Positions 1 through 14,236 are shown, counted from the first letter of the stretch. The stretch: 64,000 bases of DNA from Lytechinus pictus (GCF_037042905.1 NC_087261.1:19840001-19904000); one strand, 5' to 3'. Numbers and translations are program-made. Notes: generated by a model from the sequence alone, not told the origin.

Positions 1-511
1 CTTTAGCAATGTCATTTGGCAGTATTGTTTATCAACCTATGGACAGAATTCCCTGCAAAAATGAAATCGATTTGTTTATTTATGGATGAGTGAGCACGCA
101 TCAAAGTGGGAAAATTTGTATTTTCAATGTCACAGACTCATTTTAAAGGGTAATAAAGTGAATATTGGAGGCAAATTCGGTTTCAATTGTGACTTTAATT
201 GCTGTTGTTTTTAGCATCCATCATTTCTATCACCACACACTTTCCGAACTTTATACATTTTCATGGTTGAGCGAGCACATTCAAAAACTTAGGAATGAAT
301 ACTCTTTATACTGCATAAATGTATTCTTTTCCTAACAATTTCTCATGATCAGTTTAATTTATGGACAAAAATTAATCAGTGGTGGATCCAGAATTTCGAA
401 ATGGGGGAGGGGCATATAATTGGGGGAGACACCAACATTTTCAAATTTTAACATGATCTAACAAGTTCTAGAGGATAATACCATAAACCCCTATGATGAT
501 ACGTCACAATA

Positions 512-615
512 CAGGGGCCGCGGAACGGTTTTCAAAGTGGGGGGGGGGCTGACCATGCAAAAATCACAATCGTATGGTCATTTTTACATTTTTGTACATG
601 CTTCCGCGGCCCCTG
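512..615. mobile_element. Short hAT-like MITE (CAGGGGCCGCGGAA TIRs)
   Basis: caggggccgcggaa at 512 and ttccgcggcccctg ending at 615. Confidence 0.6.
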
Positions 616-1535
616 CAATACATTGTGCTCACTCAACCATGAACATACGATATCAAAATTGTGTGTGGAGTGGCTAACTGATGGATAGTAAATCAGCATA
701 ACACCATAAAATTCACCTAAAAACAACTTTTGCCCAACTTTGTATTTGCACAATCTGAAAAACGACTCTTGTGACCTTCAAAAATTGTCATTTTTAATTC
801 AATCTTTAATTACTCATGCATGACTCAACCGATCAATCTCATTTTTCACCAGGAGGTGTTTGATGAGTGTAGAAAACCACCTACGAAATATCATATCTCA
901 AAATAATACCGTTCAAAAGTTACAGCAATTTGATTTAGGGGGGACTTACTTTTTTGTTGTGTATATTTATATATATATATATATTGTAATGTAGTGATTG
1001 TATAAATCACTACATAAATATAGCCTAGACATCATAATGTAAAATACCCCTTCTCAGAACCATCCCTTTTTATGTCCATACCCCCTTCTCAGAACCCTTT
1101 TCATTTATTTAATCCACGCCAATAAAAACCCTTATTGTTAATAGCTCAAACAACCCCTAATCATAGAACAAAGAACTGCCTTCCCCTTCCCAATAATCAA
1201 ACCCCCCTTTTGTCCTATACCCAAACACTTGGATTATAATTTATGTAGAAGCTTGAATATATATTGAGTGTACACCCAAGGGTGGAGGTTAGAGATAAGT
1301 TAAGATCATCACAGAGTTAAGATCTACATCGACGTAAGTTGTGATATGCTTTTCAACTCTACATGTAATATCGCTGAAGATGGATTATTAATCAAGTTTC
1401 TTGATTGAATTGTACATCGAACGTTCCCGTGTGGTCATTGATGCTCCCAACTAAGATATGAACGATCCCAACACAACAATATATATATATATATACGATA
1501 AAATAACGAAGTATGTCCCCCGTCACGGAAAGAAA

Positions 1536-1623
1536 ATAATAATCAAACTAAATGAAGAATAGTCAAAGAATGCTCAAATATTTGAGCATTCTTTGACTAT
1601 TCTTCATTTAGTTTGATTATTAT
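1536..1623. repeat. Perfect 88-bp palindrome (no spacer) between (TA)n tracts
   Basis: 1536-1579 is the exact reverse complement of 1580-1623 (centre caaat|atttg). Confidence 0.9.
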
Positions 1624-1786
1624 ATATATATATATATATACAATGTCCATTTCATATGGATTTCGAACCAATGTTATTGATCGGTGCATGGGTGTGTAGG
1701 TGTATTTGTATTTTTTTTCCTTAGGCGGTATATCCCTTCATTTATTTTGTACATCTCTTTTTTAATCCGTCTGTGATGTTGGATAG

Positions 1787-4700
1787 ATATCGACAGCGAT
1801 CCTCCAGTTGTGACATGCTCTAATATTACTCTTGGGGGAGCCTTTCGTAATACCTTCTTTGGCCTCCGCTTAGATAATACGTATACTTACATGGATGAAA
1901 ACCCCGACCCGAGTGGGATATCGTACAATGTAACCACAGGGTTCGCAGGAGACTTATTTCCTCCTGGAAATACTCCTGTTACAATGTTTTCAAGAGATAC
2001 CTTTGACAACGTGGCCACCTGCCAGTTCTACGTTCAGAATAGCCGTAAGTATGATTGAAATTGTAATCAATTGTAATCATTCTGGTCGTTCATAAAAGGA
2101 CATACGTTTCATATTAGCAATAAAGTATGGTTGGGTTTACATCATGCCGGATGGCTTGTACTCTATCGTTATGTTAATAATCACAACAAATTATTTGGAA
2201 CAATGTCTGACAAAGACAAACTAAACTCACGGGGCTCATGAACGTCTTGCAGAGGTTCTGCAAGGATGCAACGAAGCAAATATATACAAGGGCAAATTCA
2301 ACATGCGTATTTTATGCAACAAAAGTGAGAAAAACGTAAGCTTAAAATTATAAACGTTCGGAAGCTTCGTCCATTGTTTGCGGGGGTCGCTCATCATTCG
2401 CGAGTACTTAAAAAAAACTTCTTCCGTTCTTTATCGCCTTTGGCATTTTTTTTTTTCAAAAAGGCACTTTTACAATTAGGTATTGTTAAATGATATTACG
2501 GTGTTTTCGCAACTGCACCGCGTGGGACGGATTCAAGAACGCTTTAAATGTATTGAAAATACCTGTGAAATGACAATGAAACCGCAGGGGGACTGTGACG
2601 AAAATTGGTGAACCGGAACAAAAGTTTTGTCCCAAGTTCCGGAGCTGACGAAAAATTGCAAATCTGTCGTTTTTCCATAGTCCAGGGCGAAACTGCTGTT
2701 TGCATTCAAACTTTCCTATATATGCCTACACCACTGATCCTATTGAACGGGATAGCGCACGAATAAAACTATTAGTTATTCCTTTGAATTAATCAAAGAT
2801 CATTTTGTCAGCCCTTTGTTACATGCCCTTCGTCACAAAGCAAAAGCCAGTGCTAAACGGCAATAGTATATGACCACATCGGATACTTAGTTGCACAAGG
2901 CGCTTCAGACAAGAAATATATATATATATATATATAAATATCCAAGTCCAAAGTTTAAAAATGAATACATAAATGGTAGGTCTGTCGACTTAGATCAATA
3001 GAATATAAAGAACTTGATAAATAGTAAAGAGAGTACGATGTCTCGTTTCGTCATTCATACATAGTAGAATGGTGAAAAATAGAATCAGTCATTTAATCTG
3101 AAACTTCAAAATTAAAATAGTCATGATAGTCGCAGCGGCTAACTTGATCACATGCCTTCATTTATAGACCTTATGTATTTGACATCATAATATCATAGCG
3201 CCCTCCCTCAGAGGATATAGGAATACACGTAAACGGAGTGTCAGGGATGTGCCAGCTGCAGATCACCAACACATGCAAAGCAATGGCTTTAGCCTCTTAG
3301 ATGGCGGCGACATGACGTCAATGCATAAGGTCTACTGGGAAACAAAGTAAACCGTGAAAAATCCTTTTAACATGCCCTGTTAGACAGACTATACTAATCA
3401 TCCTTTTTTTTAAGACAGTCAAAAGCTTGCCTGTCACCTGCCCTGACTTGGATCGGAATGTTACCCTAGATCTGGGGGAGACAGCACTTTCCTTTGATCC
3501 AAATTTCGGAGCTGATGACGTCATCAGGTTTCTCCCTCTGTACCGGTTTCACAGAAACGTGAACGTTGAGGCGTCCATTGATGGTTTGCCTGTAGGGAGC
3601 CATGTTACTGCGGGGAGACACGAGGTCGTTGTCGTTATCTCTGATGACGTGTTATCGAGGACATGCACAGGATTCTACAACATTGAAGGTAAGAACAGGC
3701 AGCGCCATATAATAATAATAATAATAATAAACAGTTCTTGTATAGCGCATATCACAATTATGAATAATGTCTCTATGCGCTTCCAAAGGACTTGGATATT
3801 ATTACCCCAGCTGTAGCTTGGCTGCCGTAATTACTAAGATTACAGCGCACACGCATTTCAAGGAATAAATTCCTGCCAGGTACCCATTCACCTCACCTGG
3901 GTTGAGTGCAGCACAATGTGGATAAATTTCTTGCCGAAGGAAATTACGCCATGGCTGGGATTCGAACCCACGACCCTCTGTTTCAAAGTCCGGAGACTAA
4001 TCCACTGGGCCACAACGCTCCACTATCACATGTATCACCTCAGTTTTCTCTTGAACACTCAATATAAACGTTTTCAGGAGTCTACATGGTCTCCTTAATG
4101 CATCACTAATATCAAGGGATAGTTTCATGAAGCATGTGAAAAGACTTGAATGTCGGATGTTATAATCGACAAGTCCCGTTACCATATATAAACCGGAGGC
4201 CTATTTTTCAGCCAATCAAAATCAAGGAAAACTATCAGATCTGACAACTTGTTGGATGACCAATGTTGAGGAAACGCTCCCTCGAACTAAGATTGCTTAA
4301 ATTCACCTTAATCATTGCCTGTTATAAATGTCGGGTGAGTTCCATGTAAGCTTCGGGTTATTTCCTATGGACGGCTGTAAGGGCAAAAATTAGTGACCTT
4401 AGAACATTGCCACCATTATATTTTGCTGTGCTCTTATATTTCTGCCGTTTCGTTTCTATATCTGCCAGTCTGTTTTTGAGCTACTCGGGGAAACTCATTT
4501 TATCGTAAAATAAACTTCTTTCTGAATCAGCTGGGTTTTTTTGTGGCTGTCATATGCGTGTGGGTGTGTTAGTTCTGTGTCAGTCTATAATTCTGCGCTC
4601 TTATATTTTGCAAGCTGTCTATATTTTGTGTTTCAAGTTTTCTTTACTTTAGAATTTATAGTTGTAGATCTTTATTTCAGTGTTTTTATCGAATTTGTTA

Positions 4701-7700
4701 TTCATATTTTTTGTTTATGTTTTAGTTTTTCATCTTAACTCTATAAATATTACTCTCTTTTTGGGGGGGTGCTCTTATTTTATATCTGTTGTCGATATTT
4801 ATGTACGTAATTTTATTTATGTAGTTTTGTCCAATAATGATTGCCTGTATGTTTGCACTTATCTTTAATCTGTGATTGTCTTCCTCCCAATCCCTATATT
4901 TCTTTTGGTCTTCGCTGTTCTTATTTTAGTCTTAATTTCTGCAGTTGTTTTTATTTTTTGTCTTATGTTTATTTCGAAAGTTGTTTTATTAGGTTTTTGT
5001 TTATAATCTTATGTTATACTATTATCTTATTTCTGCATTATAATCACACTTATTTCTGAATGTTCGTTCTAACATGGCTTATTCATTTCTAATGTAAATG
5101 AATTTGGCCCTTATAGCCGCCCATAGGTATTCACACGAAACCTACACTGAACTCACCCTGCCTTTAATAACAAGCCCCCATTTCACGAGGAACTACTGCC
5201 TAATACAGGTCTGCAAACAACGATCAGCAGGAGGCTTATGTTGACTAAAATCATAATCATTATTGCAGCATGGTCGTTTAATTTCAAAATAAATGATGAT
5301 GATAATAATTTAATGATTATGATTATATATTGTCTCTGTTTGCCATGACAACAACACTTCGGAAACAAAATGCTTGTTTTGACCCTTCTTTTTTTTTCTT
5401 TTACTTTTTTCTCTACGTTATTGAATTAAGAAATGTAACACTTTTTGTCATTTCAATTTTCATATTTGGCTTGATAGGAAAAACAATTTGTTTTATTATT
5501 TTCAAAAAGCATACTTTGTTCCCACGTTTTGAAATATTCAGTATAATTGTTTAAACATGAAAACGAACTATCTGATAGCACCTTGTTGATTCCTTTTTGT
5601 ATGAAATAGTATTTTCCACCTGTGAAAAAAATACAGGAATGTAATTTGTAAAACTATTTTTATTTATTTCTGCTGACACCCATGTAGCAAGACAACGCTT
5701 TTCTAAACTAGGTGACAAATAATAATAATAATAATACACAGCATTCATTATGCGCCATCTATCTAGTAAACTATTTCGAGGGATGGAGGGATTACGGGAG
5801 GGAAAAAATCACATTAACATACAGTATTCAACAACTCTTTTCTATGAACAGCTAATATTTAAATCATAATTATAGTGAATAATGTCATCTTCATTCTTCG
5901 ATATTTCAAACAGATTTGAGCATAGAAGGCATTTCATTATCTTGAAGTGGTAAGATAACCTTCACAGCAAAAAACTGTGGTGTTAACCGGTGTACATAGA
6001 GGACCACACCAGTTATTTTACACCGGTGTTGAATTGGTGGTGTTAGTTTTACACCTATAGGTGTCATTACAACACCTTTGGTTGTTACATTTACACGCTT
6101 TGGTGTTATTTTTAATCTCTAGGGTGTAATTTTAAAACCTCGGGGTGTGGTCCTCTATTAACACCAACTGGTGTCAGTTTTAACACCGCAGTTTTTACAG
6201 TGTTTATGTGGGGTTTTTTTCTTGCAGGAGTAGTGGTAAATTGCGACGTCAGACAACTGTCATTGGAAATCCCTTCCAGTGTTCTGAAAGATGGAGTTGA
6301 TCCCTTCTCTCTTCATTTCCTTGATAATTCTCCTGGTGATTGCAAAAGCTCTATAGATACTGATGGGATAATACATCTATCGACTGCATACGACGCTTGT
6401 GGAACCACCTCAGAGGTAAATCCATGGCCAGGTGCCATCTATCCCGGTGGGTGTTTCATAAAATGGTCGCAACCTTACGAAAGATTTTTACGCACGACTG
6501 GTGACCCTTGCTTTTGCTAATACTTCAGCCACATTTCCCCTACGGCGGCCGTACGGCGAGTCGAAAACGGCCGTTTTATTCATTTTTACTCAAACCACCT
6601 ATATGTAGCTGAAAAAAATGTTAAAACGTCTGTTTCCGACTCGTCGTATGGCGGCCTTAGGGGAAATGTGACTGAGGTATAAATAATGTATTCCTATGAA
6701 GCTGACTAAGCACAGAGCATGTTCCTGTCGTGCGTAACTCTACGAACAGTTACATGACCCTTCTCACCCCCCCCCCCCCCCCCCCCGGGGTTAAAAAAAC
6801 TTTCTTGCATTCAACTGATTGTCATTATGCATGATTAAAGCAAACAAATGGGAAATCGGAAGCATATATTAATAATAAATTATTTAATATGCATTCGCCC
6901 ATTCGCCATGCATTGCCTTACAAATAAGACCTACACTGATTAATCATATTAAACTTAGCAAATCCCTCAACATCCAAACTGATATTTTTTTACATGACCA
7001 TTAGCATACAATACACAAAATTCTACATGTACGGCCGTGTATCTCTTATTTCCTATTTATTCCACACACACATATTTCCATATTGATCGTGTCACATTTT
7101 AGGTTGTTTTTTGGTTGTGTGGTTTTGTTTATTTTATGTTGTTGTTTATATTGTTTTAGTATAGTTTATGGGAAAAAAACAGAATTTGACTATCGGAAAG
7201 CTCCAGTGATTTTCTGGTAGCAATTTGATATTATTATTATTATCATTATTATTACTACTATTATCATCATCATCATCATTATCATGTTTTATTGTTATTC
7301 TTTTCTCTCTCTAAAATATAGTCATCGGGGGACAACATTACTTTTTCCAACGCAGTTACTGATTCAATTGGAGCGAACGGCCCCAACATCCACCTTCCAG
7401 TCCAGTGTGTATTTCACAAAGATCGGGTTGTCGATGGGACTCCTTTTGACGTTACAAGGGATAGCTTCTTTTCGATCAAAGGTGTGCTAAAGGAGGAGCA
7501 CATTGACCAATCCCATGTGGTTTGTCATTGATTGTATATTATAAATAAGTTCAAGTTCAAGTTTATTTATTCAAAACCAAAAACATTACATCATAATCAA
7601 AAATAGATATACATACAACGTAAATGAGTACATAAACATACATCAATTAGATTATAGCATAGACGAATTGGTTTTAGGACCCCTTTATAAGCGAAGCTTG

Positions 7701-10700
7701 TGAGTAGGGCCCTGGAATACTTATGATTATTAACATAAAACATAGGATATACTAATATACAAGATACAAAAGAAGAGAAAAAAATATATATAATAAGGTT
7801 AAGACGCTAAAAATAGAATGGAAAACTACTTCAAACACACATATACACACACACACACAACCACATCCACCCACATATGCACATACTAAACATAAATTCT
7901 GAGTAGTTCGTCAACTTAATTGTAAATACATCAACTTGAAATACATATTGAAGGAAAATAATTATAATTTCTCAAGAAAGCAAATTTTGGATAATATTTT
8001 GAACATGAAAAGAGTTTTTTTTATATCAACAGGTAAATTGTTCCACTCTTTAATACATGATATGTGAAAGGAGGTCAGAGTGACATTTGTTCTCGCAAAT
8101 GGCTGACGAATAAGATCCTTCTGACGTGTATTATAATTATGTATTTGTGAATTCTGAAGAAATAATTTTTTTAAGATACATTCTTGAGGCATTGATTGTA
8201 GTTTGAACATGAACAATGCACAATTGAACGACACAAGTTCACGTAGTGGTAGCATTTTCAGACGAAGAAATAACGGAGTACTTGGATGTCTATAATTAGA
8301 ATTTGTTATAAGTCGTTTTGCCCTTTTCTGCAATACTCTCAATTTATCAAGATAAGACTTGAAAGTGTTTACCCAGACAACATTACAATATGTCAAATAA
8401 GGTAGAACAATACTATTGCATAATGTTATCATTTCAGGTAAAATTGATTTTAACCTAAAAATAACACCTACACTGCGAGACACCTTTGTGCAGACAGCAT
8501 CTAGATGATTTTTCCAGGATAGATGCTCATCGATATATAACCCAAGATACAAAATATTGCACTTGGTTCAACATCATGACCCCCTATATGAAGACAAGTT
8601 ATATGCCCTGGAAGCTTTTTACCCTTAGAGCGGAAAATTATGCACTTGGGTTTTCGAATATTCAACAATAGCTTATTGCAACAAAACCATGAATACAGCT
8701 TCTTAATTTCTTGATTTGCAACCAGTAGCCATTTTTTTCTACTGACTTATCAGATAGCATCAGATTGGTATCAGCATACAGGGAGTATGAGAATAATGTT
8801 GATGAATGTATTATATCGTTTATATAGATCAGAAACAACAGGGGACCAAAAACAGAACCCTGAGGTACACCATAGTTAATCGTAGCATGTTTGGATCTAG
8901 ATCTTTCTATCATAACAAATTGTGTCCTATCACACAAATAGCTTCGGAACTCTGACAATGCTACACCACGAACGGCCCCAAATAAGTAGTCTTAAGATAC
9001 GATTTTGATTAAACTATTAATATTACAGTGAATAAATAAGCATATTATTTAATTTGTTTGGAGAAACGAAAATTGTTTTTTTTTAGAGTAAAAGTACTTG
9101 TTTTGCTACTTGTTTTGCTACTAGTGAATTGGTGCGTTATCATACAAATGGGTCTTTATTACTAGACAACACTGATCAGAGGTTTCCCATATGGCATGTA
9201 TGGGCGAGGTACTTGGCCAGATTTTAGTACTTGAGGACTAGAAGTGGTACTTTTAAGGCTGTTTGTTCACATCTGCTTTAAGAGTGAACGCATTCTATTG
9301 CAAGAGTTGTGTGTTCCGAACGTGCTGGGGTTTAATATTTTTAGGCGGCGACTTGCTGACGTTGTTTGGTGAGGCAACAATGATTAGGCTACTGATGGCA
9401 TAATATCGTATAAATCGTTTGTACAATCATGATTATCATTAGTTATTCTTATAAAATAAAGTCATGTTATGACCTCACGTCTCTACCTCTGGTAAATCAT
9501 TAGTAGGCTAACCATGCTAGCAGTTTTGGAATAGTGACTGAATTTTTTAATGAAAGGACATGGAAGAAGGAGTAGGAATCGAGAGTGAATGGAGCGTTGT
9601 GGTCCAGTGGATTAGTCTCCGGACTTTGAAACAGAGGGTCGTGGGTTCAAATCCCAGCCATGGCGTAGTATCCTTCAGCAAGAAATTAATGCTCATTGTG
9701 CTGCACTCAACCCAGGTGAGGTGAATGGGTACCTGGCAGGAATTTATTTCTTGAAATGCCGAGCGCGTAAAAGCTGATTGAGCTACAGCCAGGGTAATAA
9801 TATCCAAGTCCTTTGGAAGCGCATAGAGACGTTATTCATGTGTTATGCGCTATACAAGAACTGACTATTATTATTATTATTATGTTTCCATTGCAACTGA
9901 CAAATCACACATTCTATCAATACTCTTTCATGTTTTTTTTTTACCTGTACCCTATCCACCACCATCTTTGACTTCTCATGCAGTAAAACATTCACTGGTG
10001 TCAATCCAAGCGGTGAACATATCGTTCAGGGGGTGGGGATGATATATTGTCTCACCCCCCCCCCTCCCACCACCACCACTTGAAAAGTAGGATGCCATGG
10101 TTTTAAGCCAGTGAAAACACTGGACTCTCAACGTAGAGGGGCTGTTTTGAATTTTTGAGAAAAATATAAGAAAGGTTCCATCATTGTTTCCGCATTGACT
10201 CAGGAACGTTCTTAAGCCAAAGAATGGGAGGGGCGATGAAAGAGCCACCATGCTTCGTCCCTCCAATCATTTGAAACTTTGAAGATAAGAACATTTCATA
10301 GCCCTTGTTTGTGGCTACAACCATCACCTCTAATTTCTCACAGGAAGTAAACTCATAAAACCAAACGTGTTTTTCATTAAAAAAATATATATATTTCGGT
10401 TGTCAAGTTACGTAATGTACACATGTTTTTCGATAAGTTCGGCTATAATTTTTACAATAAAGCGGGAGTGTACTGTATATACATGTACATGTTTGATAGT
10501 GGGAGCTGTTATCATGAATCCCTCCAAACGCGAAGGGGTTACAATTCATTTTTTTTTCTGTCACTTCAGGGTTGGCTTCCTTTCATTTGACCTTGAAGAG
10601 GTACGATAGCAAAGAGTTCACATCGGTGGCCACCTCCGAAATGGTTCCTCTACGACAGATTCTCTTCTTTGCGGTGTCTTTTCGTCATGACCCGTCTCCC

Positions 10701-12454
10701 GATCTCTCCCTCTTTATTGATACCTGTTGGGCAACGCCGGAGCCTGCTCCGAATCATAATGGTTCAACGAGATACACTTTCATCCTGAACGGGTAAAGGT
10801 TTGATCAGACATGGCGCGACAAGTTCTTTGTGCAACCCGTTCATCATGGACTACTGTCAATCTGTTTAAGCTGACAGGGCCCCGTCTTACAAAGAGTTAG
10901 GATTGATGTGATCAACCTTAACTATATGAAAATTTATCATTGTCATAATTTTTCCAATTACAATGAACGTATAAGTGGAACGTTTTGACGAAACATGCAT
11001 TTTACATGTTGGCGGTGGTAGCTTTCTATAGTTGTGGTTGATCGGATCAATCGCATTTCTATGTAAAACGGATGCGTTCAAACATCTTTCTGCAATTAGG
11101 TCATTTAAAAACCAAAGGTATTCGTTATTGCTCCGGGCATGTCATCAGGGTCGGCTTGAGGACGGTTTCATTTGTGTAACTGTAGCCTCAATCCATATGG
11201 TCAATTTGATTAGACTGATAAGGTCTATTAAACTTTAGATGGGCGACATTGAGGGCCCCCGTGAACGATTTTTACAGAAGGCACCATCCCCCCCCCCCCC
11301 CCATCCTTTTAATTATTCGTAACTTTTCGCTCAGGGACGTGCAGAGGATTCAAGAACAAAGTAAATGTATCGTCAAATGCCCGTCATGACAAAGAACATC
11401 TAAGAAATCTGTCGAAAAGTGTTGAACCGGAACAGCAGTTTAGTCCTAGATTCATAGCTGACGAAAATATGCAAATGTATCGCTCACCAAGAATCGCAAA
11501 ACTGCTGTTTTGGGTTCAACAATTTTCGTCACCAACTTCTTCGATGTACTTCTTTATTTTACGGAGCATCGTACAATACATTTATTCTTTTCTATAATCC
11601 CCTTTCATTGTTGAACGACAACTTCCTTTCGTATTGATCCTAGTTGGCGGTAGTGTCTCTACGAAACCTGTAATCGGCCTACAGGTTTATTGATTGCGTA
11701 TTATTATTCTTTTAAAATTGCCTACATTTTGCAAGAGGCAAACTGAAAAAGTGAACTGTGTCCGCAAAGATGCTAGTTTGATTTTTCAAACTGAGGATTC
11801 TGTATTTTTCTTACTTACAACAGATGTGTTGTTGATGGAACAGTAGAGTACCCACTTCTAGGGAATCAACAAAAACAAGGTTTTTCTATTGAAGCTTTCC
11901 GATTCCTCGGGCATTCTACACAGGCAAGTATTGTCAGGTTATGATTTGGTGAGCTCGATGATATTGGTATAATGGTGGGAATTCTCAATACTGTAAGAAT
12001 ATGGGACATAGTGATATTGATGATAATAAATAAAGGAATGGCTTCTTAAGTTAATGGAAAGTCAGCGCCAGGGTAGATGAGCCACAACTCACAAGTATAT
12101 TTTACCATGTGTATGAGAGGACTGACAGAATATTCTTGTTGGATGATCGAAGTGGCCAAAAAGGTTGGCATGGCTGGATCGTGCTCGCGACAGATGAGAG
12201 CGACTAACCTCTTAAATGTAATAACAAAGATGACATGCAGGACAAGTACTATATGCATAGATGAAATTTCTATATTTTTCATTTCTTCTTCACTTTAGGT
12301 CCACATGCATTGTTCTGTAATAACGTGCATGGCTAATAACCCGCATAGCCGATGCAAACAAGGATGCCTTCCAGGGGACGGCGCTAAACCAATGCCCATG
12401 ACGGTTGGAGAAGAGCAGGTTTCAAGTGATGGTTTTTCCGTCGTTGGCTCGTAG
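1787..12454 (+). CDS. HYR-domain + ZP-module secreted protein (5'-incomplete; 7 exons visible)
   Basis: Exons 1787-2044, 3419-3688, 6228-6415, 7322-7481, 10570-10792, 11824-11923, 12299-12454, all phase-compatible (1,1,0,1,2,0). Exon 1 DIDSDPPVVTC...FPPGNTPVTMFSRDTFDNVATCQFYV is an HYR domain; exon 2 is a degenerate HYR-like domain. VVVNC...STAYDACGT / ITFSNAV..LPVQCVF is ZP-N. LFIDTCWATP..YTFILNGC..FSIEAFRF..VHMHCSVITC..SRCKQGC is ZP-C. Stop TAG at 12452-12454. Confidence 0.9.
3170..3320. repeat. Dispersed repeat; inverted copy at ~35815-35957
   Basis: catagcgccctccctcagaggatataggaata vs tattcctatatcctctaagggagggcgctatg; gatggcggcgacatgacgtcaatg vs cattgacgtcatcgcgccgctatc. Confidence 0.7.
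3708..4021 (-). mobile_element. tRNA-derived SINE with (TAT)n tail
   Basis: Minus-strand head GGAGCGTTGTGGCCCAGTGG (A box), GGTTCGAATCCC (B box), (TAT)n tail; near-identical to the copy at 9591-9883. Confidence 0.9.
5963..6202. mobile_element. CAC...GTG MITE (EnSpm/CACTA-like, 2-bp TSD TT)
   Basis: cacagcaaaaaactgtggtgtt ... aacaccgcagtttttacagtg; ends 25 nt before the ZP-N exon acceptor. Confidence 0.7.
6521..6679. mobile_element. Palindromic MITE
   Basis: tacttcagccacatttccc...gggaaatgtgactgaggta inverted arms. Confidence 0.65.
7551..8979 (-). mobile_element. 5'-truncated, frameshifted non-LTR retrotransposon (CR1/L2-group) RT C-terminus + 3'UTR
   Basis: Minus ORFs 8662-8958 (YLCDRTQFV..GVPQGSVFGPLLFLIYIND..YAD) and 7962-8552 (YLGLYIDEHLSWKNH..). 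AATAAA(CTTGAA)n tail. 8-bp TSD AAATAAGT at 7543-7550 and 8980-8987. Confidence 0.92.
9591..9883 (+). mobile_element. tRNA-derived SINE (same family as 3708-4021)
   Basis: ggagcgttgtggtccagtgg...gggttcaaatccc...gcgctatacaagaactgac(tat)n. Confidence 0.9.
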
Positions 12455-12883
12455 GATAAGCGGCTTTACAAGGAAAGCAACGGTGACACCCATTAGAAGA
12501 GGTCATGCATTTATAAAATCCAGGACTTCCTCATATATTCATCACTAGGGACTTTTCGCATTTACTGCGGGGAAACTTTCAACAACGCAATTCCTTTAGA
12601 AATGCAATTAAAATCACAATGGAGAGCCGAGGGGCTTTTGTTGTAAGTTGGTGGACTGGGACAGTAGATCATCCGAAGATTTGCACCGGACGAACAATTG
12701 CAAATATGTCGTTGTCCAGAGTCGAGATATTCCGATGCACTCCCGGTCCACTAACTTTCGACAAAAGCCTCTTAGCTCTCCGTTGTGATTTGACTTGCAT
12801 TTTTAAAAGGAGTTGGTGCGTTGTAGAGAGTTTTCCCGTAGTAAATGCGAAAAGTTCGGGTACCTTCGTCACTACCACTTATA

Positions 12884-14236
12884 CAGTGCGTATCAAAAAA
12901 ACGGGACAGTTTTGAAAAGTCTATAAAAAAATTTGTTTCAAATTATGGCATTTATATTTTGATGTTAATAGATGCTCTGAGATCTTATCTTTGAAATGCC
13001 ATTAAAAAAATGTGTTCATGCTTGAGTGAACACGGGACTTTTTGTCGGGGGTTCAAAAAGTGGCTTGCACCAAACTGGCAGAAATGAGAAATTTGATGAT
13101 CACACTTCTGGCTAATCAGCAGACTTTCTCTTAACCTTTTCATTATCTTTGCCACGATTTTTCGAATTATGCTGTCAAATTTAATTTACAAATTTATTTA
13201 TTTACTTGAATTATTTTGTTTTTTCATTTAAACTTCTTTTACCTTTGACTTTTCCTTCATTAGTAAGAAAAGAAGACTTTTTGTCAACCCAAGCAAGAAG
13301 ATTTGCATTATTAATTGGGAAAACTTGTAATCATTCAAAACCTTTTATTATGTGAAATGAATTATGTTATGGTACCTTAAAAAACATGAATCCTATTTTC
13401 AAGGGGTTATTGATTCCTTGACCAAGTTTTATTATGTGCTTGACTGGACAAACAGGAAAGGATTCATGTCTTTCAATGGCAATGGTGTATTGAGTCAATT
13501 CTGAAGGAGCTAGATACAGCAGATCGAATAAAATGTATTAAAAAGTTGTGAGCGGGCGAAGCGAGCAAGCAAAAATTTCCACTTTTTTCATTGAAATATC
13601 AAATTTTGTGATAGATTTTGACATAATATTCGGAAAATAAATCATATTTCACTTTATATCTTTCCTTTTATTTCCTTTCCACTTTTCTTCTTTTTTTTTA
13701 TTGAAGGGGGGAGCACCCCGAGCCCCCGCCCATCTGCATGCCACTGTTCAAAGGCACCATAACCTTCGCAGCACACAATGAAAGGATTTGAAAAAAATAC
13801 ACGCTTTCCCATAGCTTAGGTTGAAAAAATGTTTGTTTTTGCTTAAAGAAGAAATATTCAAATCTAAAAGAGAACACATTACAAAGTAACAGCAACAGAC
13901 CAATTTAAGCAAATAAACAGATTTGAAAATAAATTTTGACCGCATAATTCAAAAATTATTGCAAAGATAATGAAAAGGTTAAGAGGATGTCTGCTGATTA
14001 GCAAGAAGTCCGATCATCATATTTTTTCATGTTATGCCATTTTGGCGCAAGCCTCCTTTTTAACCCCAGACAAAAACATTCCGTGTTCGCTCAAGCAAGA
14101 ACGAAACTAATTTTTTTAATGGCATTTGAAAGATAAGACTTCAGAGCTCCTATTAACGCTAATATATAGACATCATAATTTGAAGAAAAAAAATTAAAGA
14201 CTTTTCAAATCTGTCCCGTTTTTTTGATACGCACTG
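12884..14236. mobile_element. Non-autonomous Tc1/mariner-type DNA transposon with long TIRs, TA TSD
   Basis: ta|CAGTGCGTATCAAAAAAACGGGACAG...CTGTCCCGTTTTTTTGATACGCACTG|ta; ~300+ bp imperfect inverted arms; no transposase. Confidence 0.88.

Noticed and set aside
4420-5070. Hydrophobic Phe/Leu/Tyr-rich ORFs resembling membrane proteins or NUMTs
   Set aside because: Low-complexity T-rich intronic sequence with no conserved motif or splice logic.
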